NCBI GenBank assembly: GCA_030141605.1
Contig: JAQGDQ010000158.1
Location: 372,001-436,000 of the forward strand
Direction: 5' to 3'
DNA from: Tubiluchus corallicola
Taxonomy: Eukaryota; Animalia; Priapulida
Length of the DNA: 64,000 bases
This document shows positions 37,406 to 51,422 of this stretch, piece by piece (positions within the stretch are counted from its first letter, which is position 1; every line of letters begins with the position of its first letter). The translations under genes were made by a program, and so were the position numbers. Below the pieces are notes generated by a model that worked only from the letters and a program-made list of their open reading frames with translations, searched no databases and was not told the DNA's origin.

Positions 37406-40241
37406 ATTGTAACAGTACGCTTGCGTCTGCATGCGGCTGTAGGTTTGGTAATAGCTTAGCCTTGAAACAGAAAGTATCAATGTTTTAAGGTGCTGCATTA
37501 TCGACTGCCACCTTCATGTACATTTCTTTTCGATGAATAATACAGCGCGTGTGTGACTAGAGGTAATGTGTTACTTAGCTGAGCTGGGCATTGCTTAAGT
37601 TGCTGGCCATAAGTGCAGATGTATTCCTCCCTTTACAATTCCCATAAGATACAAATGATATGCTACTGTTGTGAGGAATGGAAATGTTGTTTACATTGTC
37701 GTTGCCGTGACAGTCGTTGATTAATGTGACAAATGTTAGCTTACCTGCCAATCTTGCCTGCATTGAAAGAAGCAGGAAGTAGTAGTTTAAATACATGTTA
37801 AATTTGGGTATTAAATCACAATTGGAATAGGTTGTACTTCATAAATTGAAATTAGACAGAAATATAGTTATTTACATAGTACTGATATTTGCTTCATAAT
37901 GACCAGAAATTGGCACAAAACTGTAATGCAAAGTAACAGTCTCCATACTACTGTACTACTCAGTAAACTCCTCATCCTACAAAGGGGGTTGTTTATTGCT
38001 GCTTGTCTTCTGCTTGATAAACAGTTCTGTAAGAAATTATACAGTTCTCTGATACGTCTTTATACATTTTAAGTGAGTCTTGCTTGACGACATTATCATT
38101 AAACACTCTATAACTTTCTAGGTCAATTAATAAAAAAATTGAAAATGTTTCATTGCTTTCTTCAGTATGTGTACGTATTGTCTGCCTAGATTCACATTGT
38201 CATGATAGAACCTCCTCATATGTAGGGATGAGAACACACCAACGGAAATCAAATTTAAATTGAATAGAGTTTTTGGTTTTCAGTCATAATTTTGAATCTG
38301 AATCGAATTAGTAATAAAAAATAATAGTGTGTACAAAAAACTCAATTTAATTCTGAGATGACGAAGACTGTGCATGGAGCGTGGCGCTAATTTATTACTA
38401 ATTAATAATTGTTTTGTACAGCTAAAATTAAGAATCACAGTAAAAATAGTTTGATTAACTGAATAATCTAGTGATTATTAAACTTTACATACCATTGGAA
38501 CTGTTAGAGAAAACAATACATTCTTAAAATAAACAATGTTTCTTGTGAGAAACTAATTCATTAATGCAGTACTAATGCATTACTTAAAAAACTAATTAGT
38601 GATTCACTGTTCATTGGGAAGTGGGAACCAATTTATTCTTTTCTACTGACGTTATGCTTTATCAAAGAATTTAATTTAAGGATAAACAACACATTTTTGA
38701 AAGAGGTGATGACTATCTTTGGTTTCTCTTTTTGTAACTTGCACTTAAATAAGTTAATTTCCAATTTATTCAAAGTAATGCATCTACATTTGACTTACCT
38801 AAGTCACATTTGAGTTACCAAAACACATTCGAAATTCCTATGTCTACATTTCACTTACCTAAGTCACATTTGAACTTTCCTGTGTCTACATTTGTGTGTA
38901 AAACCCATACTACAACTAAACCTATAGTTTAATTCTAGCACTTTACCAGCTAAATCTTTAGGTACAGTGAATGATTTTAATGCATTGAATAACTGTTTTT
39001 AAAACAAATGTTTGAGACTAGTTGTTTGCACTCCTTAAATTGTATGTTTTACTGCACATCTCGCAAGTTACCTGTAATGACTCATTAAACTTAAAGGAAA
39101 CCTGCGCTAACAAGGCAAATGTTTTCTAAATACTTCATTATTTTCATTTTATTATTTTTGTTTTACTGCAGTTCGCAAAGATCGTGCATATTGCTTTAGT
39201 TCTATGGTAAAAACTAGCATTAATTTGTTAAAAAGTAGTGCTCACAAAAGCAGCTAAATTGTTCTGAGTGCATGATAGTACGAGTGTTTTAATGACAAAG
39301 AATGAAAGTAATTAAGAGTTGAATTAATTCGTAATTCGTATCCAATTCAAATAAAAAACTGGTTTGAATTGAATTTAAACGTTCAGTGCTCCCCTTACAG
39401 GAACGTTTCTGCCGTGTCACAAGAGGTCTCCCAACAATCGTCTGCTCTTCCAGCAGTCGGGTCAAAAACCACTTCTAATTTTCAATAATATTTGTACATC
39501 TCTTAGATCTTAGATCTCTGCTGGGCTTCGCTAACTGCTAAATCTAAGACTTAAGCAAAAATGTGGACAGTTGGGCAAATTAAAATTGATTTGTGACCAA
39601 ATTAAGCATGTAATATGTCAGCCTGTAATTTTTCAGATTTTTTGTTGTTAATATAGAAATGAGAATTATTTTTCTTAAATGTACATACATTTATTTCTGG
39701 GAGAAAGTATTTTTGAGAAATTGAAGTCTGTATCGTAAAATGTGACAAGTTAACTCAACAATGTGCAACATTGTGGAATTTAGGTAGTATAGTTTGAATT
39801 TTAATTTTAGAATATATGATGCTTGATGCGAAATTAATTATAAGAAATTAAATGATTTCAAGTCATTGATCCAAGTTCAAAATGTGTTAATATTTCTGCT
39901 TTTGAATGTATTTGCATTGTAAACTTGTTGCACTCTATGTGGATATTTTTGTGAACATAGTTCTTGAAATAAAAGTGTCAATGATTATTAAACATGTGTA
40001 ATTAACATATTAATGTAGTTTTGGACGATATTTTATTGAATGCGAAATTGTTTTCCCTGCTTTGTACGATAATAAAAGTTTACAATTATTACATTTAATT
40101 AATTCAAACTATGAAGTTTTTTTATTTACACAGTAACTTAGTCATTGGATGCTGCACAACTCTGAACATTATACACAACGTAAAAATAGTCAGTAAGACA
40201 GCTGCCACTTTCTCCAGTGATTTTTTGACAACCCCCATTCT

Positions 40242-43200
40242 TTACCTTCTGCCATATTTCCATCTGGCCTTCTGTTCTTCAATCTGGGCTAGCAGTCTGA
40301 GTGACAGAAAGATGACTAGTAACTGAAAGAAAAAAATGGTTACACCTTTTGAGCTCTCTCTCTTTCTCTCTCCCTCTCTCTCGTTTCAAGTTTTAGATGC
40401 TGTATTGTAACTCCGTTCTGCTCTCATCCCAGTAAACATTTCTGAGAATCTGAGTCTATTAGTCTTGGTGATTATCTTCACTAAGTACAATAAAATAGTG
40501 ACATTAAACTTTAGTTCAAGGATTTGCCTATGGGTTTTTAAACAAATCTCAGTTTTCCTATTAAGCGTTCAGTAAAGTACAAACCATTGGTATTAGTACG
40601 GCGGTGACGCAGCTGGCCAGAATTGTACCATGATCCTCAATCCAAGCCATTATGGTGGGATAGCAGCCTACAGTATTTATAACATCCCGTGCTTCCGGTT
40701 CCTGTATCAATTTTAACAGCATTTAAACTTGGGCACAAATAAATTTACGAACTTTCATATGATTTCTAATACTTTCTGATAAATAATGGTAATGGTAAAA
40801 CAAACATTTCAGAATGCAGACCGCGAATGGTGGGCACCAAATTTTGAACGTTAATGGTTTCTTATAATAACCCCTGTACACCGGGCGACTGAACGGTGAC
40901 CAGCAGTATCAATCAGGCACCATGAGTTAGTTAGCCTACCATGACAGTTACAATAAACCTGTTCTCAGTTCAAGCGATTGATGATGATCGTGAAAAGGTC
41001 AACGGTTAAGTGAACCAGACAATACATTTGTGTACACTTCGCAGCCCATGGTTGTAATAGTAACAGTCTTAACAGCTAGCTAAATCCCTTACCTAGTTCG
41101 ATTTTTTTCTTGTTCCCAAGCAAGATCCTGCTAGTAGATCACTCTGCACACAGCCTGATGCATAATTAAGTAAAGTCCACGTAAAACAACTGAAGTTACT
41201 GAACTGGTGCGGCAGATGGTTTGCTTTACCCACATGTCACGTAACGGTTGCAGCTAAGACGCGTACACTTAACCTTTGACCTACAACAACTGCGCGTGCG
41301 CACAACGAAACTGTGAAAAGGTTTATTCACGTTCACGACCAATGACGTTTTACCTAGATGAAGAGGAAGTATGGCTCGAACATTCAATTATTTGATGCCA
41401 ATAGAAATTGTAACCTCACATCGTTTGAATGAACTTCACTGCATTTTACAAGTAACTCGTATCTGAATTTTTATTTTAACACGTTGGGCGGCAGACCTGT
41501 CGAACAACCATCTGTTACTAACGGCTTTGCGATCGACTCTCTTAACTGCCTTCAATGAACATGTACTTATCCATATTTTGACAACTCTAACGTCAAAAGC
41601 TGTCTGATTTTCGCAAACGTGGATATAATCAGACTTAGTTATACTTAAACTATAAAACTTTTGCCTACCGTTTTCTTTAAAGCGTCAAATCCACAAATAG
41701 AATTGGGTGGCTTGTCCTAGAAAAGCATTTTTCACATTAATTAGCTTAAATAGTAATTATTTTTCCATTCAGCAAGACTAATTGACATTCTTCTGAAAAA
41801 AAAACAAAACCAAAAGGAAATATCGAACAACTTATTGTGAGAATCCTGGTTTATGGTTTATGACAAAATCATAAGCAGAAGATTCTGCAATGTTACTTGA
41901 ACTGTATTGCGATTGGAAGAACAAAACGTGAGTCGTTCACATAATTATCACGGTATAATATAAGACTCATAAGATTAAATGCAGGAACCTAATCTTACGC
42001 TTTGACAATGCGATGCAGCTACGTCCACTTTGCGAAAAAAATTCTACATCATTCCAGGTGTTTATAACAGAGTGAAAAGCTGCATTGGTGAAATATTCAA
42101 ATTTGCATGACGAAAACTAAAAATGAATCATACATCTTCATAAAGGCAGCAAGATCGTGGCACAGCACATCGTTCAATGCTTGGATTCTGCTCCGTGCAG
42201 TTGTAGTAAGTGTTCATGTTCCAGTCTCTATATCCATCAGGACCAACACCACAACACTTGAACTGACAAATATTTCAAAGCAAATTAAAATACAAAAACA
42301 AAAGAAGCCCATTCCACCTATAACTTGGTCCTATAAGCGATAATGGCCATTTTGATAACGGTGATGGTGATATGATGAATGGATGATGATGATGATGATG
42401 ATGATGACGATGATGTTGATGATAAATGACTGGTTGATTCACAATGATTTGAAGAAAAAGGAGAAAAATATGATGATGATGATGATGAAGCCCATTCCAC
42501 CTATAAGTGATAACAGCCATGATTTGACGACACTGATGGCGATAACGGTAGTAATGAAAATAACAGTGATGATGATGGTGATGACGATGATGACGATAAC
42601 GATGAAGAAAAAATTTAGTCCTGTTAAAGGCTTCAACATCAATTTTGAAAGCCTCGAAAATTCTCAGTTTAGCAATTTTTTTTTCAATGCTAGTAAAAAT
42701 TTCTACTTCATTAATAAAATTTTGTATTATAACTTGTTATTATAGTAAGTTTGTTACCTTATAGTAACTACATTATAGTTACTAGAATAGTAAACTCGCT
42801 ACTAAAAGTAGCTATTTAGAAACACAGCAGTTTCCTGAGCAACACGGAATTTTGCTTGTATTCTGACTGAATGCATTATGATAATGTATCTGAGTGACTC
42901 ACTCCCACTTGAAGTCCATCTATAAGATCTTGAAGATCAGGATCGTCTCTATACTTGTAGACAGCTTGAGTGAGAAAACTGGCAGGATTGACATTTGTCG
43001 TGTTAGGATCAGCAAAAATCAACACGAAGGCAACTCCACCCAGGACGACCGTGGCCACGAAGATGAATATAATCGTGTACGAAAACTGCAAAAATGAAAA
43101 AGAAATAAACCTGGTTTGAATTGAAACAATCTAAATAATTACTGCTTTGAAGCAACAGGACAGAAAAAAACTGCTTGTCGCGGAGTACCGGAAAGATGGA

Positions 43201-46200
43201 GAATTTTGCCTACCTGGAAAATAAGAGACATCCCAAATGTAACACAAGTATTTCAGGCTCAGAACCTCTATTCATCAATAAAGTGCGCTGTGACCAAATA
43301 CAAATGGGTGTCTATTGGCAAAGTATTAAAGCTGGGCAGGAATTTTGAAGGTAAATTTATGCAGAATTTTTGTCTAAAACTGTACTTGGACGGACAAACA
43401 TTAAACGTAAACGTAAAAATGTCTGACTGCATGAGTGTTTATTTGAGCACATAATTGTATGGACATTTTGCTTACATCATATTCCTACTAATTTATTGCA
43501 CTCAGTAATTCTATTTCAGCTTAGCGACATTTAATGTCTGAGCATCTTTATGAAATTGTTTTATTACCTATGAAGCAATTCGAGGCTTTTCTTATCAACG
43601 TCTAGTGATATATCATGCCTATAAAGATCATTTAATATTATGATGCTTATTGAAATCAGTACCTACAAAAGCATCCCATAGATTTAAACGCCTTTTATTA
43701 TGTACCATGCTTTATGATGTGCATGGTAAGGCTGCAATAATGTTAGTTGACATTGATAAGCATACGAAAAATAGAAAAAAAACTTAAAGCAGTAGTCAAC
43801 TAATACTTAGCAGTTTGCAGTTTGTTTTTGCAACAAATTAGCGGTTTTGTGTAAATGGTAGCATGAAATAGGTCAAGAAACATCGTCTTTTGACATTTTG
43901 TAGAATAATTCAAGCTGAATTTGAAGAGAACCGTTGATCTAAATTTAACAGCACATTAAGCTTGATTCGTTTATTTTTGTCCTGTGGGTTAACTACATCA
44001 ACTATCGCAACTCTGCTTCTTTTAGCAACTTGTTTTATTCTTGAGCTGTCTAATTGGGCACAGTTTGTCAATTTTGTGCACTTGCTCTTTGAAGAATCAG
44101 TTTTAATTTAAAGTCTCACACAATAAAAAACTCTTACTTGTCATGTAGTAGTAGTCTCTTTATACTCGTCAGAACCGAATGCACGAAAAGTTGTATTTAT
44201 TATACACTGTCAGTATTGAACGTGTCTTTATGAATAGAATTTGGTGTTTAGTCATTCGCACAGTGAACATAATCATGCGCGCTCAGAGGCGCATAGCATT
44301 GTCCAATTGAGCACAATTATATTCGGGCAAATACGTGAGAGAAAGGTCCAAAGTCGCTTAAACGTTGCTGGTTTTCGTGCAACATGTCCATTTCGCTTGT
44401 GAAAATTATTAAATTATTACTTCATATGTATGCTACACCTCATGACAATTAGAAATGAATACGAATTGTAAATGACATCAACTGATTGTTGTAATTTTGT
44501 AAAAACGTTGAGCTTAGATCAAGCCTTTCCTGCCATGATTTGTTGCAAAAGTTGTCCCAAGTTGCTGTGTTAAATCAGACATTTAACCACCAGAAGGTGT
44601 GAACCGTTTACGTGCAAGATAAAATATGGTATGAACGCACCACTGTTATTGAATAGCCTTCGAAATCTTCTTGTTCAGACTTTTGCAGCGTATTAAAGAA
44701 TTAGAGACTAACCGTTTTTAATAAGCAAGTGTTCTCCCTTAAGGAGCCTGTGCAGCCAAGAAAAGCAAGAACAAACATGACGCATCCACACGCTAGCATC
44801 AAAATTGTTGGGTCCAAAACAACGTCCATGATGTCCATGATTTGCTTCTTCTTGTCAAGAAATGCATATAGACCTACTCCAGCAAAAAATGCACCGCCAA
44901 CCTGTAATAAATAGATAAAATAAACCAGCTTACGCGGGAAGAAGAGATCACAGCATTGACTTCTAAAGAGAGAGCAGTGAGCTTCTTGTGTCCTCTCCTT
45001 GTAATTATTACACTGTTACCAAACAATGTTATAGCCAAAAATATAAAATCAAATACAAAGAGGTCCCAGTGTTAGTTCTTCCACCAAACTATGTTCACTA
45101 CCAGTGCTTCCGATAGTATATAGGTATTACACATAATCAGGGGCGTATCAAGACATTACAACGCCGTAGATAGTTCAGTTTCGCCTATCTCTATTATCAG
45201 TTTATGGTTGTTTATATTTCGAAGCTTAATGCACAGTTACCTGTGGTGTTTTTGTAGCCCTCTCACTTAACACCAACGTGGGTGCTGTAAGTTCCCTATA
45301 TTTGCATAGAGCTTATATAATAGCAGGCTGCACAACTGCTTGTGGTTAAATACTAGTATTTTCTTTGCGCTTGTATAAAACTGCCTCCGTAACAGCTTGT
45401 GGTGTTTTACACAATATTGTGAATATGAAAGGATGTACGCATTTGCCGAGATTTTTTAACGCAGGCCCCTTAAATCTGACACCCCTCAAAACTTAGCTCC
45501 CTAAGCTACAATCTATTAGTAAATATGCCCCTCCACCCCTGCAAGGTCATAAGGTCATAATTATGGCCGCGTATGGATTACAAAGCTCACCAAATGTATG
45601 ACATGGCAGACGCATTAATTAGTAACCGCCGTATCTATTATGTTTTGATTTTAAGTAAAGCACTTAGTATACTAGTGCACAGTTATCATATAGCGAAAGT
45701 GACATTAGGACTACTGTACTACTGTTTAGCTACTGTACAATTTCACCTTCTCCACAGTTTTTACCTAGATTGTTTGCCAAACATAAAAAGCTCTTACCCA
45801 GAAAGCAAAGTTTATGAAGAACAGAAAATATTTTAAACAGGAGCTGATGACCGTTTTTCTGTTTGCCTTGGAACTTCCTTGTTTCTCAACTTTAGACAAC
45901 TTCTCTGTAAATATGAACAAGAACAACAGGTTATTCATAGTTTCATTATAACTGTTTGCTTCTTGTCTTACAGAGAATTAATATCATATTAACAAAGTTA
46001 AGGTCGTCGTTGAAATATAATCTTGTTCATCTAATGAAACGACTGAAGACGATGACGTAAGCTTCCCATGTTTATTTTAGACACGGTTAACTGTTCTTTC
46101 CGGTTTGAGATTAAGATTTAAGTATACGGGTTTGCGAACTAAGACTCAAGTATCTCCTCAAGAATTTAATTCTAGATTAAAGATGGTAAGCTTCGAACGC

Positions 46201-46267
46201 AATGTAATTACAGCGAACGCACAATCTTCATAATTTTAATATTGTAATGTTTACGGTAATGCCTAAT

Positions 46268-46331
<64 letters not shown>

Positions 46332-46375
46332 AGGTGAGAAAGGTGAGAAAAAGAGATGAAAGAGAGAGGGGGAGA

Positions 46376-46422
<47 letters not shown>

Positions 46423-46521
46423 GGGGGTAGAGACAGGGTGTGAGAGAGAGAAAGAGTGACAGACAGACAGACAGATAGATGCACAGACAGATAGGCTGGC
46501 AGGCAGACAGACCTATAGACG

Positions 46522-46590
<69 letters not shown>

Positions 46591-46674
46591 GGGTGAGCGA
46601 AATATACCTTCTGTTTTTGTCAACTTGGTTGGTGTCGTACTGCTGGACGATGTTATTCTTAATCTAGTTGACAT
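40242..46674 (-). CDS. TSPAN33: TspanC8-family tetraspanin (TSPAN33-like), ~306 aa
   Basis: Exons: 46674-46608, 45904-45798 (CLKYFLFFINFAFW), 44901-44713 (DPTILML..GCTGSLRENTCLLKT), 43085-42903 (YRDDPDLQDLIDGLQ), 42262-42134 (FKCCG..DW..YYNC..NPSIERCAVPRSCC), 41716-41669 (NSICG), 40701-40585 (INTVGC), 40322-40242 (QIEEQKARW..*). Four TM segments and 8 Cys in the large loop define TspanC8. Assignment to TSPAN33 rather than TSPAN5/14/17 is less certain. Confidence 0.9.
42382..42605. repeat. (GAT)n compound microsatellite
   Basis: GAT runs, plus a duplicated GAAGCCCATTCCACCTATAA at ~42305 and ~42487. Confidence 0.9.
45544..45557 (+). promoter_or_regulatory. Perfect nuclear-receptor DR2 motif
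   Basis: AGGTCA-TA-AGGTCA in a tetraspanin intron; function untested. Confidence 0.35.
46271..46586. repeat. (GA)n/(GACA)n compound microsatellite
   Basis: Directly visible; it produces the spurious ER/SL-repeat ORFs. Confidence 0.97.
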
Positions 46675-48396
46675 GTCTTGCTTGACACAACGTGTAAGAC
46701 ACGCCCACCAATAGAGCAAAACTCATCTATTATCGTCAATGATTCTTTTACTGGTCACATAGTTTTTATTCAGAATGGCTTTTAATATGTCGACCGAGCT
46801 TTATAAGATTACACACTTTCCGCAAAAACGTCAGCAATGAATTCAAAATCTTTGGATTGCTCAAAAATACGCTGGCTTCTGTACATTGTACAGTTAGATT
46901 TTTAGTTTGCCACGACACCAGCAAGCAGTGCAGAATTAGCGAAGAACATTAGTTTATTTTACGAATCAATTTAAAACGAAATTCCAAGAAAGCCAATTAA
47001 GGCCCATTAAAATCAGAACTAATTACACGCTGGGTAATTTGGTATTAATAAAAAACAACCAAGCCAAATATGAAAATGTGCAAAACGCCACACACTACTA
47101 CCAAACGATAACGTTCAGGTGGGCAATAATAGGGTTTCCAAATACCCGGCCGGATTTTAAACTTAGGTGAAAATTGACATGTAAAACCGGACATTAATTT
47201 GCCCATTTCTTCCACATTTTCCAATTCAACCGCAATTGCTGTTGTGGTTATAGTTACACAAACATCAGAATTTTTTACTACAACATCGACGTCTCAAAAA
47301 CTTATATTTAGAACTTTTTCTTTTTTTGCACACAAACAGTGGAAGTCTGAAAGCTACGCTAAACAAAAAGTCGGCGATTTTATTTCACAGATAATGCGGC
47401 AAATCTTCTTTCTCTATACGCGTGTTTTTTCCATTTCAAAACGATTTAAAGAGTTAATTATTTTTTGCGGGCACACTGAGTTGTGTCCCCCATTTTGTCG
47501 AAATGGTATTACATAAAATTCAGTAAGCCTGTGTTTGGCCTACGTACTAATTGTCAGTTTTTGATACATGCTTTTGTACAGGTGTACATCACGCTGCTCC
47601 GTATTGTGTAAAATTATGGCTAACGAAGTTTTTGTTGTGTGCTAACGTCCGAAAACTCAAAAACACATGTGTTTGTTGTTATTATTTTTACTTTATAGGC
47701 CTATGCCTTTACATAATTGTTAAATCACTTTGATTTATTATAATTTTATAATGTTTATACTGTTTTACTAATCAAATCACAAAAACATGATTATTTCGTT
47801 TTCTTTCTTCAGAATTAAACTACTTTTCAATTTAAACTGCTTTTCAATGCCCAAACTTAAAAATGTCTTGCCACTTTTGGGAGCATTTCTATTGCATTAC
47901 GATATTCGTTTCCAAAAAGCCCATTGTGGGCAATAAAAGCAGTTGACAGCTGTTCAAGCATACTGGAAACATGCTGGCTTGCAAAATAGCATAAAAAAAT
48001 TGATTTAGAATCGAGTTAACCGCTCTGATCGAAAATAATCGACGACAGGGAACTGCAGTGCAAGTAACAACGTTTAAATTGCTTGTTTGTCTGTCTGTTT
48101 GCTCGTTGTTTGTTTGTTTACTTGCTTGCTAGATTGGTAGAAGCGAAAAAATATAGCGACGGAAATGTACACGAGACATTCAAGTGAGATACAGGTATTT
48201 TCATTTTAGACACACAGTCACCGCAGTAAAAATACAATATTATTTCTAAGCACTGCACGTTTAGTTGACCGCGCAAATTGATGACACTCAACTGGGCACG
48301 TCTACAACAATTTCCTGCTTGTTATGCAGCAAAGCTCGTCTATAGGCTTCGATTGTCCTGTAATTTAGCAGTAATTTAGTAAAAAAAGGAACTTAC

Positions 48397-48535
48397 TTGC
48401 AACTTGCTTGTAATCTCTTACAAAGTCCAACGTGTAAAATTTCAGTTGGCGAACCATTGCTGAAAGATCTATCATGGCGTCGTTATGATTCTCCATTCTC
48501 TTGGCACCATGACTTCCTTCAAGATTTTTCTTCAT
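48397..48535 (-). CDS. Candidate alternative first coding exon of the tetraspanin
   Basis: ATG at 48535 opens 46 codons (MKKNLEGSHGAKRMENHNDAMIDLSAMVRQLKFYTLDFVRDYKQVA) and ends at a phase-1 GTAAGT donor, matching the phase-1 acceptor at 45904. Confidence 0.55.
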
Positions 48536-49803
48536 GCTTTACTTTTGACACAAGGCAAGGTACATATGCTGTAGTTTTGTTCGCAAATGTATGCAAAAGT
48601 TTCGACAAATAATACAGTGACGCTTTTATTGTTTAATCGCGACACCCGTTGTTCTAGTACGTTCTTTTTGCATTAATATACTTGCAGAAGCTTCACTATA
48701 ATATTAATAAAGTAAAATGCAGGTATCATTTCAAATCCAATTGAAGGTATCATTAAAAGTAACGGTGCATATTGCCCTCACAGTACTGCTCACGGATCTA
48801 CGTCCATGATGTCACATATTTACGATTGATCATGGGATATTAAAAAGTAACCGAAAGAAATGCGTGATACAAAGGTTTATGATAATTAATAAACTATTAG
48901 CTAATCGAATCTTTGTCGTGGGTTAGATCCATATCGGTAGCTACACCACATAAACAGACAGGTCTACTAAAAGTTCTGTGGACTGACTCCCTCAATGCGA
49001 AGTCACAAGCGCTACTCGCTCACACAACAGTCCATTGTCTGAAATCACGAATAATTCGAGTCTGTTGACTGAACAAATTACTGCAATTTGTTCGATCGAA
49101 CTGACATTTTGTTCTGTTTCAGCGCGTTCAATGGTAATCACACATTTTCGCTTATCTAAGTCGGAAGTTTGAGTTAAAATTCGATTTCAGATTTAGCAAT
49201 GTTAATTCTATTACTTCAAAAGAGGCATTTCCTCTATTACGTTGCGACTAACTGAAACTGAGTTTGAGAAACTTTGTGGAATATCATTTTATATTGCTAA
49301 TCTTTCATGCAAAATATAAACGTAAATTTGCCACTTTATTAAGTTTCAGATTATACGCCAATGTCTATGATTCTCGACGGATTAGATTAAATAAAAAACT
49401 ACACTGATAAAATTTAATATCATAATTTATAATACTTCAAAGCTTTTCATGTAGTTTTACAATTAGTCGGAGTTTACACGTTTAAGGAGCTTATGCAGCC
49501 TAAACAGAGAATATAAATCGCTGCAACAATCGCCAAGCCCTGAAAATGATTCTATGATCTGATTTGATTTTGATTTTAACTTTTTATTTCAAACCAAAGG
49601 TTTATAGTACAAAGCGTTTAAATATTTATAACACATTAGCACATTAAATTAATAAACACAGATATAAGCAACAGTTACATAGCTAATAGTAACTATTAAG
49701 CCCATTTCTCATTCAGTCCACTGGTCTTGGCCCATGTGGCCTAGATTGGTCCCTCGATACAAAATTGTTTCTTAGTACTTTATAGTCCCAAGAAAACCCT
49801 ACT

Positions 49804-49985
<182 letters not shown>

Positions 49986-51115
49986 ACCCTATTAATGTCC
50001 AACTTTTATTAGAGCCTAAAATAATTTGATTTTTTAAGAGGCCAACATGCCGGAAAACCATTTATTATTATTATTGTCATCACAAATCCATTTATTGAAA
50101 AGTAATTACATTTTTTGCCTTCTGTTTTCGACGTTTTAGGAAAAACTAACATTTGGTTTAACATTCAACGGAATAAAAAAAGACAAAAAGGCAATTTATC
50201 AAATTCCTTGTAAAAGTTGATAAACTGGCAATCGATACGTTGATGATATCAGAGACATTAGTACCTTTTCTATTAATACACCAGTATTTTTGCCAGTTTG
50301 TTACCAAGAATGGCACCTAACTGCTCTAGCAATATCTGAAGTACCATCAACATTAACTAGTACAACTGTTTTATTAGTGTTTTTCTGGACTATCAGGACC
50401 ACCTGGGGTAAGCGGTTTAACCAAATACAGGAAGGTCGTTTTCTTCATTTTTTCACCACAAGCAGGAGATCTCGGCTGATCATGCAGGAGAGCTGGCATA
50501 TTGAGAAATGTGTCACCATCAGATGCAGTGAGGATAGCTTTTCTTATTTCATGATCTTGCTTTCTGTTAAAGTTAATCGCAGCTATGGCGTAGTCAATGA
50601 TTTACAGAGGATCGCGTTGCGTAGAATATCTGTCACATAAGCGATATTTGCTTCAACACTTGCATGAAACAAACGCAAGCTCCTTTCTTACGTTTGGAAA
50701 AGTACTACAGCAAGTACTTCAACTGTTTTATTAGTGTCATTTTCATTACCTGTTGAAGATTTAAATGTTCATATTATTATGATCCTAGTTATGTAGGTTA
50801 TTCACCACGCTACACCTATCAACTGACATCGCAAGGATCTGCGAGACCTATTTACCTGAATGTATTTGTGAAACTGACTTTGAACGTCATCAACCTTTTG
50901 CGTTTCTGTCTCAATCGTGAGATTAGTTGGTTGTGCATGTGTATGTACCATAATGTGTGGATTTATGATTGTAAAATCTCAAAACAAAATGTCTTCCGCT
51001 GGATTCTTTATCACAAAGTGTATGATGTATTCTAATGTCCAATTCTAACATTGTCTTCTATGATGTCTACATGATAATTTTCCCAGCACACTGTATTCGC
51101 AGCCTTATACTTATC

Positions 51116-51422
51116 TTTCCATTATTTTACTGGTTGACCCAATGATGTTTCAGATCATTGGCTTTATTGATGTCTCCAGCTACTGCTGGTATTTTCCATT
51201 ATTTTACTGGTTGACCCAATGATGTTTCAGATCATTGGCTTTATTGATGTCTCCAGCTACTGCAGGTATTTTCCATTATTTTACTGGTTGACCCAATGAT
51301 GTTTCAGATCATTGGCTTTATTGATGTCTCCAGCTACTGCAGGTAGTTTCCATTATTTTACTGGTTGACCCAATGATGTTTCAGAGATCATTGGCTTTAT
51401 TGATGTCTCCAGCTACTGCAGG
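51116..51422. repeat. 77-bp tandem repeat, 4 copies
   Basis: Units start at 51116, 51193, 51270 and 51347; each contains the hairpin CCAATGAT..ATCATTGG. Confidence 0.95.

Noticed and set aside
46247-46719. ORFs with poly-ER/SL (likewise poly-I/N/L at 49.7-50.1 kb, poly-M/H/Y at 63.5-63.9 kb and poly-M/H/S at 42.3-42.7 kb)
   Set aside because: These are translations of microsatellites. Only 46674-46608 is a credible exon.
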